Origin: Candidatus Omnitrophota bacterium
Lineage (GTDB): Bacteria; Omnitrophota; Gorgyraeia; Duberdicusellales; 4484-171
Direction of reading: 5' to 3'
DNA length: 64,000 bases
Assembly (NCBI GenBank): GCA_018826075.1
Contig: JAHKAJ010000024.1
Coordinates: forward strand, 69,910-133,909
In this document: in pieces, positions 56,840 through 64,000 of the stretch
Layout: every line of letters starts with the position of its first letter
Position numbering within the stretch: the stretch's first letter is position 1
Translations under genes and position numbers: made by a program
Notes under the pieces: model-generated
Told to the model about the DNA's origin: nothing
The model's database searches: none
Seen by the model: the letters and a program-made list of their open reading frames with translations, nothing else

Positions 56840-57592
56840 TTATCTAGACGTCTCTTCCTCAATTATTTTTAAGAGTTGATTAGCCCTATTGGGATTTATT
56901 TCTGTTAATATCTTATGCTGCTTAATAGCCTCTTCTTTATTGCCAGACTTTATATGGGCTATTCCCAGATTAAGATGCGCAGGGGCATGTCTACTAGTTA
57001 AGCTAATTGCTTTTTTAGAAAATTTTATCGACGCATTTAAATCATTTTTTCCTAAATAGGCTGTACTTAAATTGTAATATACATCTGATAATTCAGGGGT
57101 ATCGGGATATGTTTCTAAAATTTTGTTTGAAAATTCAATAGTCTTATCAAATTTGCCTTCAGTTAGATATATAGCCCCAAAAGTATATAATGCCCCAAAG
57201 TGATTCGGAAAACATTCTAGGGAAAGGTTTAATTTTTCTTTAGCTGTATTCAAATCACCTTTCATCATATAATTTAGAGCTTCTTTAGCATATAGGTCAG
57301 CCTGTTCTAAATCATACTTTTCACTAAGTATAGCTTTTATATTTTCGCTGAATTGTAAAGGTTCTCCCTCAATACTGTTGATATCGCTGAGATAATAAGT
57401 AATTGGAATATTTGCGATGTTGACTTTTATATATTTGTCAGTTTTTTCTATAATGTCGCCTTCCACTGTTTTTCCAGATTTGAGAACAATTACCTCAGCA
57501 AATACAGCAATCGAGAAGTTAAATAATACAAATATAAAAATATAAATTGAATGTTTAATCATATTTTTTCTCCCTTTTAATGTAAACATCAA
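56840..57592 (-). CDS. secreted TPR-repeat protein
   Basis: Signal/TM N-terminus, a ~45-aa module shared with the next gene, then TPR repeats. Confidence 0.6.
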   Translation of the reverse strand: MMFTLKGRKNMIKHSIYIFIFVLFNFSIAVFAEVIVLKSGKTVEGDIIEKTDKYIKVNIANIPITYYLSDINSIEGEPLQFSENIKAILSEKYDLEQADLYAKEALNYMMKGDLNTAKEKLNLSLECFPNHFGALYTFGAIYLTEGKFDKTIEFSNKILETYPDTPELSDVYYNLSTAYLGKNDLNASIKFSKKAISLTSRHAPAHLNLGIAHIKSGNKEEAIKQHKILTEINPNRANQLLKIIEEETSR

Positions 57593-57641
57593 CGGCCATT
57601 ATGATCTCGAAGGCGTGCTTATCGACGGTCAGTTTATTTCT

Positions 57642-59159
57642 TTATTGATCCCTCCCCGAAGCACGGCGCAGTTCTTGTAGGAATTCTGGATTAACTTGCC
57701 AGCCTAAATGTTCAGCTTTCTGTACATCTTCCCATGCTTGAGTATAGTCGCCTTTGTGATAATAGGCAACAGCACGATTAAAGTAAGCATGGGGTACGTT
57801 AGGATTAAGATTGATAGCACGATTATATTCGACAATAGCCTGTGTAAAATCGCCTTTGCCAGCATAGATAAAGCCAAGGTTATGGTGTGGTTCGGCTAAG
57901 TTTTGATTAATATTTAGAGCCTGGTTATAGTCAGAAATCGCCCGAGTAAATTCGCGCTTGCTACAATAAGCGTTACCGCGGTTGTTGTAGGCAAAGGTAT
58001 CATAGGGATTAATTTTTAAAACTTGGTTGTAGTCTGAAATCGCTCGGTCAAGTTGGTCTTGCCTGTGATATGCAAGGCCGCGGTTGTTGTAGGCGGCGGC
58101 TAAGTTTGGATTAATATTTAGAGCTTGGTTATAGTCGAGAATCGCCTGGGTTAAGTTACCTTTACTGTAATAGACAAAGCCAAGGTTATTATAAATGTAG
58201 GCAGTAGCAGAATAACTATCGGTTAAGGCTAGATAAGAATACTCCACGTTTAGCAGTTCTTTTTGGCTCATTTGGCCAATTGTCTTTTCTCCTGTTTCCA
58301 ATTGTTTTCTGATTTCTTTTACTCTATCAAAGTTGAGCCGGTGTTCAGGCTTTAAGGCAATATAACTTCCCCCGATATCGTAATAAAATTCAATGTTAAC
58401 TATTTCAAATATTTGGTTAGTGAAATCAATGAAAAGAATTTGGCGGCCATCAAAAGATATATAGTTAAAAATGTGACTCGGCGATAAAGCGGTCATTGCA
58501 TCAAACCCCAGCATAGTTAATAGAATACTTCCTAACTGAGTAATGGCACTACATGCAAACTTGCTTTTCTTCTCTTCCTCTTTTTCTCTGCGAGATAAAG
58601 AGCTTGATTCGATAAGATCAATAATATCTTCTTTGCATAAGCCGTTAACTAATGATACAAGTAAAGGATGGATATTAGGGTAACTGAGTTGTCTTTCTTC
58701 ATCGATAAAACTGCCTATTTCAGCAACAAAGTTTTTTAGGCTGATAAGATTAGTTTTATCTTTTTGGGCTTGAATTTTTAATTGAGGGAAATTCATCTTA
58801 GTTAAAAACGGGATGAGTCGTTTCTCTATATCAAGGCACGCATATTCAGGATAGCCTAAATTTTCTAGAAGTTTGTGGACATTTTCAGTATCTATTTCTT
58901 CAAAAGATGAATTGATGTAGCTTATTTGAGACGAGTGCGTTTCTCTTGTTTCATTTCTTTGTATAACACCATTAATACTTTCAATGTCTTCCACATAATA
59001 TCTAAGTGGAACGCCGTGGAAATCTATCTTGATATATTTATCTGTTGTTTCCATTATATCAGCATCAATGGTTTTACCATTTTTTAGCTTGATAGTTTCA
59101 GGATAACAAGGATAAAAAATTAAGGCTGTAATAATAAATTGTAAAAATATTTTTTTCAC
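57642..59159 (-). CDS. secreted TPR-repeat protein (paralog of 56840-57592)
   Basis: Signal peptide. Shared N-terminal module IKLKNGKTIDADIMETTDKYIKI...YYVEDIESING. C-terminal array of about six TPRs (AYNNRG.AY... repeats). Confidence 0.6.
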   Translation of the reverse strand: MKKIFLQFIITALIFYPCYPETIKLKNGKTIDADIMETTDKYIKIDFHGVPLRYYVEDIESINGVIQRNETRETHSSQISYINSSFEEIDTENVHKLLENLGYPEYACLDIEKRLIPFLTKMNFPQLKIQAQKDKTNLISLKNFVAEIGSFIDEERQLSYPNIHPLLVSLVNGLCKEDIIDLIESSSLSRREKEEEKKSKFACSAITQLGSILLTMLGFDAMTALSPSHIFNYISFDGRQILFIDFTNQIFEIVNIEFYYDIGGSYIALKPEHRLNFDRVKEIRKQLETGEKTIGQMSQKELLNVEYSYLALTDSYSATAYIYNNLGFVYYSKGNLTQAILDYNQALNINPNLAAAYNNRGLAYHRQDQLDRAISDYNQVLKINPYDTFAYNNRGNAYCSKREFTRAISDYNQALNINQNLAEPHHNLGFIYAGKGDFTQAIVEYNRAINLNPNVPHAYFNRAVAYYHKGDYTQAWEDVQKAEHLGWQVNPEFLQELRRASGRDQ

Positions 59160-59225
59160 AGTATTATTATGATTTTATTATTTTTACATAACAACCAATA
59201 ATCCACTTCAGATGTCATAATTCAA

Positions 59226-59300
59226 TTTTACTTCCCGGACCCCTAGAAAATGTCCTTTGTTTTATCCTGCAGCAGACGCTTCGATAGTGTAGAGTTTTAC
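59226..59300. repeat. palindromic repeat element, copy 4 (degenerate)
   Basis: The 5' end TTTTACTTCC and 3' half TATCCTGCAGCAGACGCTTCGATAGTGTAGAGTTTTA align with copies 1-3, but the 5' stem arm is lost. It overlaps the stop codon of the gene at 59297-59824. Confidence 0.4.
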
Positions 59301-59824
59301 TTCTGTTTCCATGTGCCTGGGGAGACTTCTAACCACCAGCCGCTGGAGGCGCGTTCGTAGTCGTCCTGAAAGAATACTTTTTGAGTTTCCGAAACGTCTA
59401 CTCCGTTTTTCTCGGCGGTGTATTGATAAATAATCTGACGGTCGGCATTCTCGCTGTTAACTAAACTTTCAATACCAGCCGCTGCTTTCGAACGGACCTC
59501 AAGCAATGCTTTGCGGTTTTCGCCGATATAACCCTGATTAAAATTTTCTTCTATCTGTCCGGCCCGGGCCTTTCTCCGTTCGATAGCCGCTTCTAAATCA
59601 TCTACGCTGGCAGCATAAGCCTGGCTGAAATTAAAAAGAAAGTTTATTTTTTTCTCATTATTGCCGTAGATCTGGTCATTGATTGATTCAGCGTCTTTAG
59701 CCACATGCTGATAAACATCGATCCGCATATTTATATCGACCTTGATCGGTTCTTTGGTCTCGACATTAAGCTTGGCACACCCCAAAACCGCAAACATCAA
59801 CAAAACCACTCCGAATTTTTTCAT
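59297..59824 (-). CDS. YdbL-like (DUF1318) periplasmic lipoprotein
   Basis: Lipobox LGCAK. GYIGENRKALLEV resembles the conserved G(l)iGE...G motif of YdbL. Confidence 0.4.
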   Translation of the reverse strand: MKKFGVVLLMFAVLGCAKLNVETKEPIKVDINMRIDVYQHVAKDAESINDQIYGNNEKKINFLFNFSQAYAASVDDLEAAIERRKARAGQIEENFNQGYIGENRKALLEVRSKAAAGIESLVNSENADRQIIYQYTAEKNGVDVSETQKVFFQDDYERASSGWWLEVSPGTWKQK

Positions 59825-60654
59825 TGGGTACCTCCTTGGTTTAAAACCCTTAGTTTATCTTCTATGTTTTTTATCCTGGCCTCAGGGTCAGGATGTGATG
59901 ACAAGTAAAAAGGAACCTGCCCGCGATTGTTATTTTCAGCTTCAAGCTTTTTAAAAAGAGTTAAAGCGGCTCGCGGCTGGTAGCCGGCAGAATTAACATA
60001 CTGAAAGGCTAAAGAGTCGGCTTCCAGCTCGTCTTTTCGTGAATAACCCAACGATATTAAACCGTATAACTGATCGACCATTTGTTTGGCCTGGGTTTGT
60101 TCCGGAGTCCTTAGTAAGGTAGCAGCTAAGACACTAACGCTTAAACTTGCCCCCAGCTGTTTTAAGCTGTGCCGGGCAGAAACGTGGCCGATCTCATGAG
60201 CCAGGACAAAAGCTAATTCCTGCTGGCTGACTTTATCCAGTAGGCCCCGGTAAACAAAAATATGGCCGCCGGGAATAGCTAAAGCATTGACTTCCGGTGC
60301 ATCAATAATATAAAAATGGTAAGTAAGGTTATTACGGTGGCTTACTGCAGCTACTTTATTCCCAATCGCCGCAATTACTGTATTCTTTTCAGGATCACTA
60401 TTGATCTTATTCTCATCAATGAACTGCCGAGCCATGGCATCACCCCAGGAAACCTCCCCCTTTTCATCAAAAATATACCATTCCTTTTTACCGCTTACCG
60501 GATTATAAACCGAAACACAACCCGATAATAGAACTAAAAAAACTATTACTCCAACCGCGCTGCGCCACCTACGAGGAGTCCCGCCTTCGGCGGGCCACCT
60601 CGTAGGTGTAGAATCTTTACTTGCCGTAAAATTGCATTTGCTTTTTTTACTCAT
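59821..60654 (-). CDS. M48 family zinc metallopeptidase lipoprotein. The first ~25 codons are encoded by repeat copy 3, so the annotated start is doubtful.
   Basis: HExxH motif LAHEIGHVSARH. Lipoprotein signal VIVFLVLLSGC is preceded by an unusually long basic N-extension. Confidence 0.7.
   Translation of the reverse strand: MSKKSKCNFTASKDSTPTRWPAEGGTPRRWRSAVGVIVFLVLLSGCVSVYNPVSGKKEWYIFDEKGEVSWGDAMARQFIDENKINSDPEKNTVIAAIGNKVAAVSHRNNLTYHFYIIDAPEVNALAIPGGHIFVYRGLLDKVSQQELAFVLAHEIGHVSARHSLKQLGASLSVSVLAATLLRTPEQTQAKQMVDQLYGLISLGYSRKDELEADSLAFQYVNSAGYQPRAALTLFKKLEAENNNRGQVPFYLSSHPDPEARIKNIEDKLRVLNQGGTQ
60546..60620. repeat. palindromic repeat element, copy 3
   Basis: TTACTCCAACC...CACCTACGAGG-AGTCCCGCCTTCGGCGGGC-CACCTCGTAGGTG-TAGAATCTTTAC. 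The interior is replaced by a compact GC hairpin with UUCG loop. Confidence 0.6.
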
Positions 60655-61412
60655 TGTATTATCTCTATCTCGTAAGGCGTGTTTACGATGATTTCTGGAC
60701 CATTATATTCCCGGATCCGGCCGGATACAGAAACCGTCTTATCACGATAAAAACTTACCGGATCTATCCCCTGCTGCCGAAAAGCGCCTAAGGAATTATT
60801 GAAAATAACTACCGTAAAATCAGTTTTATAATCCTGGCCAAAGTTTAGAAATACGCATTTTGCCGACTGATAAGTACTTAAAACTTTACCTTGCACTGTC
60901 CGGATCTGGCCGATAAGATTACCTGCAGCTTCCGGAGCAATAACCTGATAACTGCCCCAGAGCCCGGCTTTTTTATCCCGGGCCTGTTTTTGCAAATCAA
61001 AAAAACGGTCGGCATATTTAACATTAGGAGGGTAAGTATACAATACCGCATACCCTTGCTCAATAAGTTTTGCATTCACAAAAATATCATCGACAAAACA
61101 ATACCCCAAAAGCCGGCCGTATTTATCTTCTTTTTCTAGATCAAACTCGATCTTTACCGTCTTGCCTTCTACCAGTTTGCGGTTGTATTCCTTGGCTTCT
61201 TCAGCAAACGGCTGAGGCTGATAAATAAATTTACCGCCTTTTTTAAGGTTTGTCTCGGGAGTGTCGATTCCAATATAACGCAGTAACCTTCCATTAGCCA
61301 AACGGACAGTATCTCCGTCAATAACTTCAGAAACTAAAATTTGGGAGTGATCTTGCGGGATACTCCGGCAAGAAATCAAAAAAATAACTAAAAAAAGAAG
61401 TTTTTTCGCCAC
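60651..61412 (-). CDS. thermonuclease (SNase-like) domain lipoprotein with a C-terminal OB-like domain
   Basis: Lipobox ISCRS. GDTVRL.NG...RYIGIDTPE and KYGRLLGY motifs of the staphylococcal nuclease family. Confidence 0.65.
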   Translation of the reverse strand: MAKKLLFLVIFLISCRSIPQDHSQILVSEVIDGDTVRLANGRLLRYIGIDTPETNLKKGGKFIYQPQPFAEEAKEYNRKLVEGKTVKIEFDLEKEDKYGRLLGYCFVDDIFVNAKLIEQGYAVLYTYPPNVKYADRFFDLQKQARDKKAGLWGSYQVIAPEAAGNLIGQIRTVQGKVLSTYQSAKCVFLNFGQDYKTDFTVVIFNNSLGAFRQQGIDPVSFYRDKTVSVSGRIREYNGPEIIVNTPYEIEIIQ

Positions 61413-61780
61413 TATAAGTCTTCAACGATCTTAAGAAAGACTTTTTGCGCCATCTGCGGCTTAGGTAAGAAATTTCTTCGTGCAGAAACCTTCAAACGTT
61501 GACTATCCGAGCTAATAGTATTTATCTTAACGGTTATATTATGGTCTGAAATCCGGGCCTTGATCATCCCTTGGGATTCTCTGACTAACAATACCTCCGC
61601 CTCCATGTCTTCCAAAACATCCGAGCAGACATCCCAAAGCACCCGGTATTCGCTTTTGACATTTCCCATAGCCGAGGCATTACTTAGGCTGTATCCGGTT
61701 ACCAGCCCGGCAGCAATTAAAGCCGGAACGCAACCGCTCAATAGTAATACACCGACGATAAAAAAACTAATGTTTTTCAT
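61412..61780 (-). CDS. hypothetical lipoprotein
   Basis: Lipobox LSGCV. 122 aa. Confidence 0.4.
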   Translation of the reverse strand: MKNISFFIVGVLLLSGCVPALIAAGLVTGYSLSNASAMGNVKSEYRVLWDVCSDVLEDMEAEVLLVRESQGMIKARISDHNITVKINTISSDSQRLKVSARRNFLPKPQMAQKVFLKIVEDL

Positions 61781-61850
61781 AGTTCATTCTCTTTGAATTA
61801 AATATACCAAAAAAAAATTCTTTTGCAAGCATTAATCCAAAAAAATAAAG

Positions 61851-62468
61851 TTATTCTGTGGTGATGTTTATTTTTTTCAGGTCTAAAACTAGCTGCGGGC
61901 AATCTTTAAATAAAATACAGTTAAGTTTAAATTTTTGGGCTTGAGTTATTAAATCCTGGCGGTCATCGATATAAATCAGTTCCGGGAAGGTTACTTTGGC
62001 TCGATCAGCCAGCTTCTGGTAGATTTCTTTCTCCGGTTTGACTGATTTTATCGCATAGGAAAGGACCAGGCCGTTAAACAACGAAAAAACTTCAGGATAT
62101 TCCTGGTTTAAATATTCAAAATGCAGCTGGTTGATGTTGGAAATAAGGTACAGGGGGTATTTACCTTTAAGGTTTTTTACTAAATCAATGACTTCAAGAA
62201 TCGGAAAAAATATCTTACACCAGGCATCTACAAACTCCGAATAAGCAAAATCAATCCCAAACTCTTTCATGAATAACCGGTAAAACTCCTCTCCGGTAAC
62301 CAACCCTTTTTCGAAAGGGATAGTGAAGTTTTTATCATAAAGGGAGTAAATGACCTCAGGGATAGTGACTTTCATTCGGCCTTTGATCTTATTTAAGGCT
62401 ATAGTGTAATCAAAACCAAAAAGCACATTGCCCAGGTCAAAAGCTAAAACTTTTGGACTATTCTGCAT
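61851..62468 (-). CDS. HAD-superfamily hydrolase
   Basis: N-terminal DxG/DLGNV-type motif I (AFDLGNVLF) and a C-terminal DD motif (IYIDDRQD). Confidence 0.6.
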   Translation of the reverse strand: MQNSPKVLAFDLGNVLFGFDYTIALNKIKGRMKVTIPEVIYSLYDKNFTIPFEKGLVTGEEFYRLFMKEFGIDFAYSEFVDAWCKIFFPILEVIDLVKNLKGKYPLYLISNINQLHFEYLNQEYPEVFSLFNGLVLSYAIKSVKPEKEIYQKLADRAKVTFPELIYIDDRQDLITQAQKFKLNCILFKDCPQLVLDLKKINITTE

Positions 62469-63390
62469 GGTATAGTTTTTCAGCGCTGGTTAACAGGTTG
62501 ACTCTGGCCGGATAAGGTATTTTAAAACCTAATGATTCTATTTTGTCGGTGCTGTAAACCCGGTCCTTTAAAAAGAATTTAAACTTTTTACCGGCCCAAG
62601 GCAGGCTCAACAGCATAGTCTCGATTGATTTAGGAAGCCGAAAAGGCGGTTTAGCCTTAACCGCCCTGGCAAAAATATCAAAAATCTCACCGGTAGTTAA
62701 CACTTCTTTATCGGCAATAAAAAAAGAGCCTTTTAAACATTCGGGTTTATCCAAACAAAAAATCATTCCCGAGACTACATTTTCAATATAAACCAGATGT
62801 AATTTACTCATCCCCTGATTAACTAAGGGTAAGATCCTCCATTTTAACAATTTAAGCAAAATCGTCAGCATATGCGGTTCATCCTCACCATAGACCATCG
62901 GCGGCCGCAAAATCACCACCGGCAAACCTTTATCCCGGTATTCCCAAACCACTTTTTCAGCTTCAAGCTTTGATTCACCGTAAGGATTCGTAGCAGCCAA
63001 AGGTAAATCTTCAATTAAAGGTACTTCTTTGTTACCGCTGACCACTGCCACTGAACTTAAATAAATCAACCGGCTAACCCCCTGGTTTAGGGCTAACTCA
63101 CAGATATTACGCGTACCCTCGACATTGACGGTTTTTAGTTTCTCGGGATTAGAGTTCTCTACACAAGCAGCACAATGAAAGATTAAGTCAAAGCTATAAC
63201 CATTTAACTTTTCTAAGAATTGTTTATCGGTAATATCTCCGGAAATTATTTCTATATCTAGGCTTTCGAGTAGTTTCGCTTTTTTTAGATTCCGCAGCAG
63301 ACAAAAAATCTCATAGCGCTTATCTTTTGCCAGTTTTTTGACTAGATGCCTGCCGATAAAACCAGTAGCTCCGGTAACTAAAACCTTCAT
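62458..63390 (-). CDS. NAD-dependent epimerase/dehydratase (SDR-extended family)
   Basis: Rossmann motif VTGATGFIGRHLV and YxxxK (YGESK). Confidence 0.75.
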   Translation of the reverse strand: MKVLVTGATGFIGRHLVKKLAKDKRYEIFCLLRNLKKAKLLESLDIEIISGDITDKQFLEKLNGYSFDLIFHCAACVENSNPEKLKTVNVEGTRNICELALNQGVSRLIYLSSVAVVSGNKEVPLIEDLPLAATNPYGESKLEAEKVVWEYRDKGLPVVILRPPMVYGEDEPHMLTILLKLLKWRILPLVNQGMSKLHLVYIENVVSGMIFCLDKPECLKGSFFIADKEVLTTGEIFDIFARAVKAKPPFRLPKSIETMLLSLPWAGKKFKFFLKDRVYSTDKIESLGFKIPYPARVNLLTSAEKLYHAE

Positions 63391-64000
63391 TAATTTTTTA
63401 TTTTTTCTTCTCGCTGGGAAAGAATTTGAGCGATCTTATGCATATCTTCGGCGGAGATCAACCAGTTAAGGCTGCCGCAATTATCCTCAACCTGTTTTAA
63501 ATTACGCATTCCAACAATGGTTGAAGTGATCCCCTTTTGGCTGAAATTCCAATTGATGACCAGCTGACTAAGAGTTTTTTGATAACCCGAAGCAATAGCT
63601 TTTAATTTTGAAAGCGTATCTTTATTGATTGAGGACAACGGCTCCTGAAAGTGCTTTTTTTTCATCTTACGGTTAGTGTCTTCTGGGATCGGCAAATCAT
63701 CCAGGAAAAATTTACCGGTCAACAGTCCGCTGTAAAGCGGTGCATAGGTAATAATCGCGATTTTATTTTCGATACAGAAAGAAGTAGTCTCTCCCTCAAT
63801 ATCCCGCTTAAACATGCTGTATTCCGGCTGAAGACAGTGAAGCGGCGAATATTTCATAAACTCCTTCATCTGAACCACTGAATAGTTGCTTACGCCGACC
63901 GACTTGGTGACCCCCTTATCATAAAGTTGATGCATTACTTCGGCAGTTTCACCGATCGGGGTATTCGGATCCGGCCAATGGACCTGATAAAGGTCAAAGT
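63390..64000 (-). CDS. aldo/keto reductase. The N-terminal part extends beyond the window end.
   Basis: Frame stays open upstream of the annotated Met to position 64000 (…FDLYQVHWPDPNTPIGETAEVM…), matching the AKR catalytic region. Confidence 0.7.
   Translation of the reverse strand, partial: FDLYQVHWPDPNTPIGETAEVMHQLYDKGVTKSVGVSNYSVVQMKEFMKYSPLHCLQPEYSMFKRDIEGETTSFCIENKIAIITYAPLYSGLLTGKFFLDDLPIPEDTNRKMKKKHFQEPLSSINKDTLSKLKAIASGYQKTLSQLVINWNFSQKGITSTIVGMRNLKQVEDNCGSLNWLISAEDMHKIAQILSQREEKIKN

Noticed and set aside
1-64000. CRISPR arrays, rRNA genes, IS/transposase genes
   Set aside because: No regularly spaced direct repeats, no rRNA-like conserved blocks, and no transposase-like ORFs were seen in any frame.

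Overview
Overall picture: this 64-kb window (about 40-45% GC by eye) reads as the chromosome of an uncultivated Gram-negative anaerobe. It carries HflKC, LPS-heptose genes, TonB/TonB-dependent receptor genes, PPi-dependent PFK plus pyruvate-phosphate dikinase, and many prepilin-type and TPR lipoprotein genes. An Omnitrophota-like or related candidate phylum is a guess only.

Gene content: the plus-strand half (1-31.7 kb) is mostly housekeeping.
- hflKC, purU, and a sugar ABC transporter with two clan GH-A (GH2-like) hydrolases and a tandem-duplicated CBM-like protein.
- aroQ, pepP-like, efp, accBC, PPi-PFK, gmhA-rfaE2, thiC, tRNA-Gly, a LysM-M23 peptidase, aroB, and the AmmeMemoRadiSam B and radical-SAM components.

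The minus-strand half (32-64 kb) carries the following.
- Pilin-like genes, alkD, dinB, a Ste24-type M48 protease, mscS and a REC-GGDEF-MshEN protein.
- An EF-G fused to a membrane/coiled-coil N-terminus, uppP, a zf-HC2 anti-sigma, a BtuB-like TonB-dependent receptor, and tRNA-Arg.
- apt, a sigma-70 factor, ppdK, glyS, a HepT/MntA toxin-antitoxin pair, TPR lipoproteins, an M48 lipoprotein and a thermonuclease-like protein.

Main unannotated signals I see:
1. A c-di-GMP-I (GEMM) riboswitch with an intrinsic-terminator expression platform in the leader of the Ste24-like M48 protease gene.
2. A cobalamin riboswitch plus terminator ahead of the TonB-dependent receptor.
3. A previously undescribed ~75-85-bp palindromic repeat family in four same-orientation copies, all next to minus-strand genes.
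- One copy shows compensatory base changes in its 11-bp stem.
- One copy is degenerate.
- One copy lies inside the 5' coding end of a lipoprotein protease gene.
4. An unusually dense c-di-GMP gene set: HD-GYP, a PilZ / Zn-ribbon / PilZ trio, STAS-PilZ, and REC-GGDEF-MshEN.
5. An in-frame membrane-anchor / coiled-coil / EF-G fusion.

No CRISPR array, rRNA or obvious IS/transposase was seen. Hand-derived coordinates (RNAs, repeats, small ORFs) may be off by a few nt.
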